DNA of 7,210 nt from a virus (IMGVR_UViG_2548877009_000013:1-7210); one strand, 5' to 3'; shown: positions 1-6,815, counted from the first letter of the stretch. Made by a program: numbers and translations. Notes: a model not told the origin generated them from the letters alone.

Positions 1-222
1 ATGCGTGATGATCGTTTTAATTCCCTGAAACAGGAATTTTCCGGCGTTCCTGATGATGCGGCTGATGCGCTTTCGTCAATATCTGAAATTATGCGGGTGG
101 CTTTTTTCTTTCTTTGCACTGATGAGCACAGAGATACAGGGCTAAATATTCTTGATATTGCCGCTAACTATGCTGATTTCGTGACAGAGGTTATTTTAAG
201 AAAAGCGACGGACGGGGATTAA
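1..222 (+). CDS. Hypothetical protein, possibly 5'-truncated by the window edge
   Basis: ORF open from base 1 with stop at 220-222; its stop lies one base before the next start (224) in the same operon; no recognisable motif. Confidence 0.4.
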   Translation: MRDDRFNSLKQEFSGVPDDAADALSSISEIMRVAFFFLCTDEHRDTGLNILDIAANYADFVTEVILRKATDGD

Positions 223-223
223 T

Positions 224-457
224 ATGCGTGATATTTACCACGAAACAACAGATCGCGTATTTCTTGCACTTTCTCACAGTGAAAATATGATGGAAATATT
301 GCGCATATGGCTTGAAACACTTGGCGACAATGAACGCGACAAACAAAAATCAAGAATTGCCACGGCATTAATAACGCTTCTTGAGCCTGTAATAAATGAG
401 TTGCAGGAAATAGAGACATTACACGACCAGTATAAAGCGCCCCACACCGGAGAATAA
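224..457 (+). CDS. Hypothetical small protein (77 aa)
   Basis: ATG at 224 preceded by a G-rich stretch (GGGG ~208-213); tightly packed between flanking same-strand genes; no recognisable motif. Confidence 0.5.
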   Translation: MRDIYHETTDRVFLALSHSENMMEILRIWLETLGDNERDKQKSRIATALITLLEPVINELQEIETLHDQYKAPHTGE

Positions 458-462
458 AAATA

Positions 463-762
463 ATGAAGCTTAAATATTCTGGCTTAACTGCCAGTGGCAA
501 CACTCACCCTAAATTTACGCGCGGTGATATTTACCGCGACCAGTACGGCGGTACGGTAATGATTAAGGGCGTGGCGGGACGGTGCGTAACTTACCGCCGT
601 GAAGGTTACGAATATGATTGCGTGATGCCTGTTTATCAGTTCCGGCGTGATTTTTCTCTGGTACAGACCGCGCCGCATAACGTGCCCACCAGCAACGCCA
701 GAGCACGGGCAAACATCCAGAAGCTGAAAACAATGATTAACGGATTCAGGGGTAAAAAATGA
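463..762 (+). CDS. Hypothetical small protein (99 aa), translationally coupled to the downstream replication gene
   Basis: GGAGAA Shine-Dalgarno about 9 nt upstream of ATG 463; its stop overlaps the start of the next gene (ATGA at 759-762). Confidence 0.55.
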   Translation: MKLKYSGLTASGNTHPKFTRGDIYRDQYGGTVMIKGVAGRCVTYRREGYEYDCVMPVYQFRRDFSLVQTAPHNVPTSNARARANIQKLKTMINGFRGKK

Positions 763-2903
763 AACTGGCACCGAACGTAAAACAGCAGTCACGCGGCATA
801 AAACACAAAGAAACAGAAGTCATTATTTTTGCGGGTAGTGATGCCTGGTCACACGCAAAACAATGGCAGGAACATGACGCGCGTATGGCCGGAGATAATG
901 AGCCTCCTGTGTGGCTTGGGGAGCAGCAGTTATCCGAACTGGATAAGCTGCAAATTGTGCCGGAAGGCAGAAAATCAGTACGCATATTCAGGGCCGGACA
1001 TCTTGAGCCAGTAATGATCAAGGCGATTGGTCAGAAACTGGCGGCGGCAGGCGTACAGGATGCAAATTTTTACCCTGAGGGAATGCACGTTCAGAAGGTG
1101 GAGAACTGGCGCGAATATCTGGCCCGTGAGCGGCAGAATCTTTCTGATGGTCTGGTTATTGAGCTTCCGGTAAAGAAAAAAGATACCGGAAGTCATAGCG
1201 ATGACGAATTAAAGCCACGCGTTGAAAGTCGCGCCGATGGTGTTTTCTGGGTAACGCCCAAAGTGGATAAGCAGTCAGGCGAAATTATCCGGCCTGAGAC
1301 GTGGTTATGTTCTCCGCTTGAACTACTGGGAACGGGGACGATCGGTAAAGAGCATTACCGCGTGATGCGCTGGAAAAAAACCGCAAACCATGAAGTCATC
1401 ACAATGGCGATCCCGTGTGGTGGTATCGGCGACCGTGACGGCTGGCGGTTACTTAAAGATCACGGGCTGAACGTGACAACCAACGGCAAATACAGGGCAA
1501 TCCTGGCGGACTGGATGCAGTTAAGCGGAAGCCATGAGGAATGGCAGTTAAGCACAACAACGGGCTGGCATTTTGGCGCGTACATCATGCCGGACGGTTC
1601 GATCATTGGTGATTCTGAAAAACCGATCCTGTTTACCGGAAAAAGCGCCGCGATTAACGGTTATTCCGTGGCGGGTACGGCGGAGGGCTGGCGCGAGAGT
1701 GTGGCGCGACTGGCTGGCGGTAATGCCTCAATGATGCTGGGTGTGGCAACGTCACTGGCAGCGCCTTTAATTGGCCTTGTGGGTGCTGACGGCTTCGGGG
1801 TGCATCTTTTCGAACAGTCATCGGCAGGTAAGACCACCACGCAGAACATCGCATCAAGTTTATGGGGAGAGCCGGACGCGCAGCGGCTGACCTGGTACGG
1901 CACGGCGTTAGGTATTGCCAATGAGGCCGAGGCCCATAATGACGGGCTTTTACCACTGGATGAGATAGGCCAGGCCGGAAATGCGCGGGAAGTGTCAACG
2001 TCTGCTTATACGCTGTTTAACGGTTCAGGGAAATTACAGGGGGCGAAGGATGGCGGCAACAGGGAGATCAAACACTGGCGAACGGTGGCAATCAGCACCG
2101 GAGAAATGGACGTTGAGACGTTCCTCAAAACGGAGGGGATAAAGGTTAAGGCAGGACAGCTTGTCCGTCTGCTTAACGTGCCGATGGAAAAAGCCACGCA
2201 GTTTCACGAATACAGCACCGGAAAGGCGCACGCAGACGCGTTAAAAGATGCCTGGACAGAAAATCACGGGGCGGCGGGGCGTGAGTGGGTTAAATGGCTG
2301 GCAGACCACCAGCAGGAGACAAAGGACACGGTAAGGGCATGCCGTGAACGGTGGCGCAACCTGATACCGGAGAGCTACGGCGAGCAGGTCCACCGCGTGG
2401 GTGAGCGTTTCGCCATACTGGAGGCCGCACTTGTGCTTTCCGGTCATGTGACTGGCTGGGATGAGCAGGAATGCCGTGATGCCATTCAGCATAATTTTAA
2501 TGCCTGGGTGAAAGAGTTCGGTACGGGCAACAGGGAACACAGGCAGATTATTGAACAGGCTGAGGCGTTTCTTGCAGCCTATGGCCTGAGCAGGTTCGCC
2601 CCTGTCAATTATGACCCTGCCAGCCTGCCGATTTCAGAACTGTACGGCTACAGGGAAAGCGACGGGCGTTATGACGAGCCTGTTTTGTTTTACGTGCTGC
2701 CGGAGCCGTTTAGCTCACATGTGGCGAAGGGATTTAACAAGGATGCCGTAGCAAAGACCCTTCATGAAGCCGGAATGCTGAGAAAACCAGCCAGCGGGCG
2801 GGGATGGCAAATCAGGACACCACGACTAAAACACCTGAAAGGGGCGCGGCTAAGAGTGTATGGCCTTTTGCTGACGCAGGACCACGATGCTGAAAATGAT
2901 TAA
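759..2903 (+). CDS. Replication protein, primase/helicase-like P-loop NTPase (714 aa)
   Basis: Long ORF with a Walker A-like motif (SSAGKTTT) and a Walker B-like hydrophobic stretch ending in DE (LLPLDEIG) about 70 aa downstream; immediately followed by an iteron array, as in satellite primase-ori arrangements such as P4 alpha/ori. Exact family not determinable without a profile search. Confidence 0.7.
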   Translation: MKLAPNVKQQSRGIKHKETEVIIFAGSDAWSHAKQWQEHDARMAGDNEPPVWLGEQQLSELDKLQIVPEGRKSVRIFRAGHLEPVMIKAIGQKLAAAGVQDANFYPEGMHVQKVENWREYLARERQNLSDGLVIELPVKKKDTGSHSDDELKPRVESRADGVFWVTPKVDKQSGEIIRPETWLCSPLELLGTGTIGKEHYRVMRWKKTANHEVITMAIPCGGIGDRDGWRLLKDHGLNVTTNGKYRAILADWMQLSGSHEEWQLSTTTGWHFGAYIMPDGSIIGDSEKPILFTGKSAAINGYSVAGTAEGWRESVARLAGGNASMMLGVATSLAAPLIGLVGADGFGVHLFEQSSAGKTTTQNIASSLWGEPDAQRLTWYGTALGIANEAEAHNDGLLPLDEIGQAGNAREVSTSAYTLFNGSGKLQGAKDGGNREIKHWRTVAISTGEMDVETFLKTEGIKVKAGQLVRLLNVPMEKATQFHEYSTGKAHADALKDAWTENHGAAGREWVKWLADHQQETKDTVRACRERWRNLIPESYGEQVHRVGERFAILEAALVLSGHVTGWDEQECRDAIQHNFNAWVKEFGTGNREHRQIIEQAEAFLAAYGLSRFAPVNYDPASLPISELYGYRESDGRYDEPVLFYVLPEPFSSHVAKGFNKDAVAKTLHEAGMLRKPASGRGWQIRTPRLKHLKGARLRVYGLLLTQDHDAEND

Positions 2904-2928
2904 TCTCGCGTGTAGGAGGTAAAAATAT

Positions 2929-3218
2929 GTTGTCCCAGTCGTCCCAGTAAGCAACAAGCAATCGTAACACATTGAATTACATAAATTTCACTTACAAAAA
3001 GTGGGACAACAGCGGGACAACATTCAGGCATTTTGGGACAACATAGCGGCATTTTGGGACGACACGACACGTATTTTTTACCGTGCTGGAGGGTGGGACA
3101 ACACAAAAACCCTCATGTCGTCCCAAAATCGCCTTATGTCGTCCCACTTTGTGGAGTATGTTTTTAATAAAATCAACAGGTTAACATTAAGTGGGACAAC
3201 CGGGACAACTGGGACGAC
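2929..3218. repeat. Iteron array, putative origin of replication
   Basis: Twelve copies of the 9-bp motif YGGGACRAC. Eight are on the + strand (3002-3010, 3013-3021, 3034-3042, 3055-3063, 3094-3102 and three contiguous copies at 3192-3218) and four are inverted (2929-2937, 2938-2946, 3117-3125, 3138-3146). They are interspersed with AT-rich stretches (3147-3190, 3219-3257) and sit directly downstream of the replication gene. Confidence 0.7.
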
Positions 3219-3257
3219 GTGTTTTGTATATATATACGAAAAATCGAGATCTGAACT

Positions 3258-3506
3258 ATGAAGTTAAACCGCAAACAACCACACTACCGCGCCATTGACC
3301 TTACAGAGCACTGGCTGAGAGTGGCGATAAAAATCATCGACCGCAACACGGTGGAAGGATACGCGAAAGCACATCCCGAACTGATAAGCGCATTCATGAC
3401 CACAGCGGCGGCAAACTTTGCCACGCTGACAGAACGGGAGATTGCCGAAGCGGAACAGGTAACAACCATCAACGTAAAAACCGGAGAGTCAGGCGATGAT
3501 ACATGA
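3258..3506 (+). CDS. Hypothetical small protein (82 aa)
   Basis: ORF starting just after the iteron region; its 3' end overlaps the next ORF by 11 nt (coupled pair); no recognisable motif. Confidence 0.5.
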   Translation: MKLNRKQPHYRAIDLTEHWLRVAIKIIDRNTVEGYAKAHPELISAFMTTAAANFATLTEREIAEAEQVTTINVKTGESGDDT

Positions 3507-3744
3507 CCGCATAGCGGAGGAACTCGAGGCGAAAGGATTTTACCGGAGGGCGGCGGCGCGATGGGGTGAAGTCATGCAGCTGGTGGAGACAGACAAGGAA
3601 CGGCATCAGGTTACGATGCGACGGCTGGAATGTTCCAGGAAGGCACAGAGGCCACCGGAGCCGCCAACGGAGAACTATGCAGACCTGAGAAATGCAGTAA
3701 ATCGCACTTACGCAGACATGGGGCTGAGCAAATTAGCAGAGTAG
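3496..3744 (+). CDS. PerC-like small transcriptional regulator (82 aa), tentative
   Basis: N-terminal segment IAEELEAKGFYRRAAARWGEVM resembles, from memory, the conserved signature of PerC-family activators; GGAGAG Shine-Dalgarno 7 nt upstream of ATG 3496; followed by terminators. Confidence 0.45.
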   Translation: MIHDRIAEELEAKGFYRRAAARWGEVMQLVETDKERHQVTMRRLECSRKAQRPPEPPTENYADLRNAVNRTYADMGLSKLAE

Positions 3745-3766
3745 GAATACCAGAACCACACCACAC

Positions 3767-3790
3767 AGCCGGAGCAATCCGGCTTTTTTG
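3767..3790 (+). terminator. Rho-independent terminator
   Basis: Stem AGCCGGA (3767-3773), loop GCAA, TCCGGCT (3778-3784) followed by a run of six T, about 25 nt after the stop at 3744. Confidence 0.7.
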
Positions 3791-3795
3791 CGCCC

Positions 3796-3837
3796 AAAAA
3801 AAGCCCGATAAGGTCAGAGGTGGCTTATCGGGCTTTT
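3796..3837. terminator. Second hairpin terminator, possibly bidirectional
   Basis: A-tract (3796-3802), stem GCCCGATAAG (3803-3812), 11-nt loop, CTTATCGGGC (3824-3833), then TTTT (3834-3837). Confidence 0.5.
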
Positions 3838-3914
3838 GCATATGAGGCTTTTTGGTGCACTGACACACATGATCGGGATAATCATTTCATAATTTGCAAT
3901 ACAACTCAATATCA

Positions 3915-3942
3915 TTGCACAAAATGCAATCATGATTATAAT
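3915..3942 (+). promoter_or_regulatory. Sigma70-type promoter candidate for the capsid operon
   Basis: -35 TTGCAC (3915-3920), 16-bp spacer, perfect -10 TATAAT (3937-3942); lies about 55 nt upstream of the first gene of the capsid operon. Confidence 0.5.
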
Positions 3943-3945
3943 CAT
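3932..3945. promoter_or_regulatory. Perfect 14-bp palindrome overlapping the -10 hexamer (candidate operator)
   Basis: ATGATTATAATCAT is its own reverse complement and covers the TATAAT. The nearby dyads TGCAAT-N13-ATTGCA (3894-3918) and TTGCA-N5-TGCAA (3915-3929) suggest a regulator-binding region. Confidence 0.4.
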
Positions 3946-3998
3946 AACTGGATGAACATACAGTTATGATTTTTTAAGTCAAAGAGGAATTTCTTACT

Positions 3999-4205
3999 AT
4001 GGCTGAAGAGAAAAAAGGCGGTGTTTCGGTGTACATAAGCCCCGACATCGTGAAGGCGCTCAAGGAACGCCACCAGCAGAACGTAAAAGCAGGCATTGCG
4101 GCAGGACTTGATCCGCTGGCGATGGTTGAGCCGTCAACAGGCTGGCAGGTACGCGCCTATTTACGCGCGGCGCTGGGTATGAATCAGGTTCACGGGGGTG
4201 AATAA
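3999..4205 (+). CDS. Hypothetical small protein (68 aa), first gene of the capsid operon
   Basis: AGAGGA upstream of ATG 3999; stop overlaps the capsid gene start (TAATG at 4203-4207). The N-terminus (VSVYISPDIVKALKERH) has a strand-helix pattern compatible with a ribbon-helix-helix fold, which is speculative. Confidence 0.5.
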   Translation: MAEEKKGGVSVYISPDIVKALKERHQQNVKAGIAAGLDPLAMVEPSTGWQVRAYLRAALGMNQVHGGE

Positions 4206-5260
4206 TGACAGTAAAAGCAATGGCACTTAACACTAACCAGCTTTTTGCGTACCTGAATCGCGGGGATATTGCGGAATTTAAATTCAGTCCGCTGTTTACC
4301 ACGCTGTTTTTCCCGAACGTGGCGACATTCAGCACCCAAAACATCATGCTGGATACCCTGGACATTGAAGAAGTCACCATGTCGGCGTTTTGTTCGCCTA
4401 TGGTTGGCAGCCAGGTACAGCGCGATAAAGGGTACGAAACCAGCACAATTAAACCTGGCTACATGAAGCCAAAGCACGAAATCGATCCAACGAAAACCAT
4501 CATGCGCATGGCTGGAGAAGATCCAGCACAGCTTAACGACCCTACCTACCGCCGTATGCGCCTGATTACTGGCAACATGCGCCGCCAGATAAACGCCATT
4601 AAAGCGCGCGTGGAATGGCTGGCGGTGAATGCGATAACGACCGGAAAAAACATCATTGAGGGCGAAGGCATAGAACGCTATGAAATAGACTGGAAGATCC
4701 CAAGTAAAAATATCGCCAGACAGGGACCGGGTAAAAAGTGGTCAGAGGCAGATAAGGAAACACACGATCCAATCTATGACATCGAGCTTTATGCTGATCA
4801 GGCTGGTTGCCCCGCAAACGTCATGATTATGGGCGTTGAGGTATGGCGCACGTTACGCAGCTTTAAAAAATTCCGTGAGCTGTACGATCTTTCCCGTGGT
4901 TCAGAATCCGCCGCAGAACTGGCCTGTAAAAACCTGGGCGAAGTGGTGAGCTTTAAAGGCTATCTGGGCGATATTGCCCTTATCGTCTATTCCGGCAAAT
5001 ACGCCGACAGCGACGGCACAGAAAAATATTTCCTTGAGCCTGATTTACTGGTCCTGGGCAACACCAACAACAAAGGGCTGGTGGCCTATGGTGCGATTAT
5101 GGATCAGGAAGCGGTAAGAACAGGCGCAACGCAAAACATGTACTACCCGAAAAACTGGATTGAGGACGGCGATCCGGCGATTGAGTACGTGCAGACGCAC
5201 AGCGCACCGCAGCCGGTTCCGGCAGATATTCGCAAATTTGTTACCGTCAAAATTGCTTAA
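4205..5260 (+). CDS. Major capsid protein, phage lambda gpE-like (351 aa)
   Basis: Several blocks match lambda gpE as recalled: EFKFSPLF vs KFKFDPLF, PGYMKPKHE vs PGYVKPKHE, EDPAQLNDPTYRRMR vs EDPQNLADPAYRRRR, LGDIALIVYSGKY vs YGDVAIVVYSGQY, YPKNW and GDPA and SAP near the C-terminus. G-rich RBS upstream of ATG 4205. Confidence 0.9.
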   Translation: MTVKAMALNTNQLFAYLNRGDIAEFKFSPLFTTLFFPNVATFSTQNIMLDTLDIEEVTMSAFCSPMVGSQVQRDKGYETSTIKPGYMKPKHEIDPTKTIMRMAGEDPAQLNDPTYRRMRLITGNMRRQINAIKARVEWLAVNAITTGKNIIEGEGIERYEIDWKIPSKNIARQGPGKKWSEADKETHDPIYDIELYADQAGCPANVMIMGVEVWRTLRSFKKFRELYDLSRGSESAAELACKNLGEVVSFKGYLGDIALIVYSGKYADSDGTEKYFLEPDLLVLGNTNNKGLVAYGAIMDQEAVRTGATQNMYYPKNWIEDGDPAIEYVQTHSAPQPVPADIRKFVTVKIA

Positions 5261-5271
5261 CGGGGGATTCT

Positions 5272-5607
5272 ATGGACACTCCATACATTGAGTTATTTGC
5301 AGGTAGTCAGCAGGTATCCACGACGCTGGTACATTTTGCCGCTGATGCTGGCGTTATTCAGGAATTTACCCCGCTGATGCTGGCGGGCAATGGCGAGTTT
5401 AAGCCGTGGGATGGTCAGGAATCTGGCAAGGCTGTTTATCTGACCTCGTACCCCGTGGACACGTCAAAGCAGAAATCAGCACAGTGTTACAAGACGGGGA
5501 TATTTAATATCGCCGCCGTAAACTGGCCTGAGAGCGCCGACACTGACGCGAAAAAATGCGCCGCCTTTGCGGGTTCTGGCGTATCCGTTCAGCCGCTGGC
5601 GCGATAA
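5272..5607 (+). CDS. Head decoration protein, phage lambda gpD-like (111 aa)
   Basis: Size and motifs match lambda gpD as recalled: TPLML followed by WDG, YKTGIF vs YKSGTF, WPE with acidic residues, AAFAGSGVS vs TAFAGTAIS. GGGGGA RBS upstream; adjacent to the capsid gene. Confidence 0.85.
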   Translation: MDTPYIELFAGSQQVSTTLVHFAADAGVIQEFTPLMLAGNGEFKPWDGQESGKAVYLTSYPVDTSKQKSAQCYKTGIFNIAAVNWPESADTDAKKCAAFAGSGVSVQPLAR

Positions 5608-5619
5608 GCAGGGGAAACG

Positions 5620-6033
5620 ATGGCAACGAATGAAAGCATCATGGCGCTACCGCTGGCGAGTAAATTTAAAGCAGAAGCGCGGGCAATGGCTGACAGAGGT
5701 TTATCAACCTACGAGGCCGTATATCAACTCAACAAACTGGAAGAGCAGGACAAGCCGCGCGCTGATGCGATTATGGCGCTTCATGAACATAACGACTATC
5801 AGCCGCTGTTACGTGCAATGGCAAACGTGCCATGTATTAGCGTCGATAATGCTCGTGAAATCCTGAACATGACCATAGACCAGGAGCGCCCAAAGGTTGC
5901 ACCAGAGCTTACCGCAGCCTTTGAAAACTTTATGGACATGCACAGCCCGCAAGCCGTATCAGCTGGCATGGCATACGATGGCAGAAACCAGGGCGATGAC
6001 GGCGACATCGATCGCATACTGAAAACCATCTGA
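5620..6033 (+). CDS. Hypothetical protein (137 aa), last gene of the capsid operon
   Basis: AGGGGAAA RBS before ATG 5620; same strand and operon as the capsid and decoration genes; followed by a terminator. Function unknown; a head or packaging accessory role is suggested by position only. Confidence 0.6.
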   Translation: MATNESIMALPLASKFKAEARAMADRGLSTYEAVYQLNKLEEQDKPRADAIMALHEHNDYQPLLRAMANVPCISVDNAREILNMTIDQERPKVAPELTAAFENFMDMHSPQAVSAGMAYDGRNQGDDGDIDRILKTI

Positions 6034-6039
6034 GACAAG

Positions 6040-6061
6040 GCCGGAGAAATCCGGCTTTTTT
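6040..6061 (+). terminator. Rho-independent terminator
   Basis: GCCGGA (6040-6045), loop GAAA, TCCGGC (6050-6055), then TTTTTT (6056-6061), 7 nt after the stop at 6033. Nearly identical to the terminator at 3767-3790. Confidence 0.7.
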
Positions 6062-6062
6062 A

Positions 6063-6127
6063 CGGGTCCTTCCTGGAATTATGGCCCGTTACGGGGCGGC
6101 GACCTCGCGCGTTTTCGCTATTTATGA
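6063..6127 (+). other. Lambda-type cohesive end site (cos), left copy in + orientation
   Basis: Contains GTTACG then GGGCGGCGACCT (6094-6105) then CGCGCGTTTTCGCTATTTATGA. This matches the 12-nt cohesive end and flanks of the lambda cosN region as recalled (lambda: GTTACG, GGGCGGCGACCT, CGCGGGTTTTCGCTATTTATGA). It sits directly upstream of a Nu1-like gene, as in lambda. Confidence 0.75.
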
Positions 6128-6194
6128 CGTTTTTCCGTGAAGGTGACACCACCACCACTTGATTAACATTTAACCAGTCAATTGAGGTAATATT

Positions 6195-6635
6195 ATGATT
6201 GATAAGGATTGTTTTGTAAGTCAGCAGGAAATAGCTCAACATTTCAAGGTAAACAGAACCACTATTCGCGCATGGACCAAACAGGGGATGCCCTATCTTA
6301 ATGCGGATCGCGGAAAGTCTGGAGGTTATCACATCGGGCATACATTGCTTTGGTCTTCAGGTAAAAGCCATCTTGAGACCATCGGATATCACGTAGAAAC
6401 CAGTGCGCTGGAAAAAATTATGGTTGCCAGGCTGCTTTTATCTGAGCGTGACGAGTACTCCAGTGAAGAAACAGAACATCGCTTTGATGAAGGTTTGCAG
6501 ATTTACGGCTATTCACCGGAAGATGTGAGCAAGGCACGAAATAAAATGGCTGGCTTTCTGGCTGGGTGGCGTCATGCCGTAAGCGTTCGCCGTACCAGCA
6601 TGGAGCAATCAGTCGTTACAGAACAGCAAAGTTAA
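6195..6635 (+). CDS. Terminase small subunit-like protein with a Nu1-type winged-HTH N-terminus (146 aa)
   Basis: N-terminus VSQQEIAQHFKVNRTTIRAWTKQGMPYL parallels lambda Nu1 VNKKQLADIFGASIRTIQNWQEQGMPVL as recalled; GAGG RBS 8 nt upstream of ATG 6195; located immediately after cos. The C-terminal two thirds show no recognisable similarity to Nu1. Confidence 0.75.
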   Translation: MIDKDCFVSQQEIAQHFKVNRTTIRAWTKQGMPYLNADRGKSGGYHIGHTLLWSSGKSHLETIGYHVETSALEKIMVARLLLSERDEYSSEETEHRFDEGLQIYGYSPEDVSKARNKMAGFLAGWRHAVSVRRTSMEQSVVTEQQS

Positions 6636-6665
6636 AAATCACTTTCTGTTACGCCATCAAATACG

Positions 6666-6815
6666 CAATACAACAACCACGTATTTTTTTAAAACTATTT
6701 GATTCAATTAGCATTTTTTTATTTTCAGCATCAAAAAAACACTATCAGGTTGTTGTATTGCTCTCTATTTTTACTTAGTTATCAAATAGATATGACAAAC
6801 AATTAAACAACAACC
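6666..6815. repeat. AT-rich segment with three copies of ACAACAACC (two direct, one inverted), candidate cosB-like binding sites
   Basis: ACAACAACC at 6670-6678 and 6807-6815; inverted GGTTGTTGT at 6748-6756. The outer and middle copies form a 13-bp perfect inverted repeat (CAATACAACAACC at 6666-6678 vs GGTTGTTGTATTG at 6748-6760). No ORF of note in this segment. Confidence 0.4.

Noticed and set aside
219-1021. Minus-strand ORFs 219..503, 484..792, 746..1021
   Set aside because: They overlap the tightly coupled plus-strand operon and have no independent start-site support.
975-2540. Minus-strand ORFs inside the replication gene (975..1196, 1654..1998, 1661..1921, 2006..2197, 2034..2231, 2241..2540) and nested + ORF 829..1014
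   Set aside because: All are fully overlapped by the long, well-supported 759..2903 reading frame; they are typical antisense or off-frame open stretches in GC-balanced coding DNA.
2929-3218. Possible CRISPR array, given the many short repeats
   Set aside because: The repeats are 9 bp, occur in both orientations with irregular spacing, and lack uniform spacers. This fits iterons, not CRISPR.
3001-3261. ORF 3001..3261 (+, 86 aa) and ORF 2900..3106 (-, 68 aa)
   Set aside because: Both lie entirely within the iteron array; their translations are low-complexity products of the repeats (runs of WD and C/P), and there is no convincing RBS.
3284-3868. Minus-strand ORFs 3284..3472 and 3611..3868, and + ORF 3630..3845
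   Set aside because: They overlap the plus-strand small genes and the terminator hairpins; ORF 3630..3845 reads through two terminators.
4060-4477. ORFs 4060..4446 (-), 4190..4477 (-), 4269..4466 (+) inside the capsid gene region
   Set aside because: They are overlapped by the gpE-like capsid gene, whose homology is strong.
5567-6038. ORF 5567..5866 (+, 99 aa) and ORF 5799..6038 (-, 79 aa)
   Set aside because: Both overlap the RBS-supported ORF 5620..6033 in alternative frames or on the opposite strand; the basic, arginine- and tryptophan-rich translations look like off-frame artefacts.
6060-6341. ORF 6060..6341 (-, 93 aa)
   Set aside because: It spans the cos site and the start of the Nu1-like gene on the opposite strand; no support.
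6566-6778. ORF 6566..6778 (+, 70 aa)
   Set aside because: It overlaps the end of the Nu1-like gene and runs into the AT-rich repeat region; the low-complexity translation is more plausibly non-coding.
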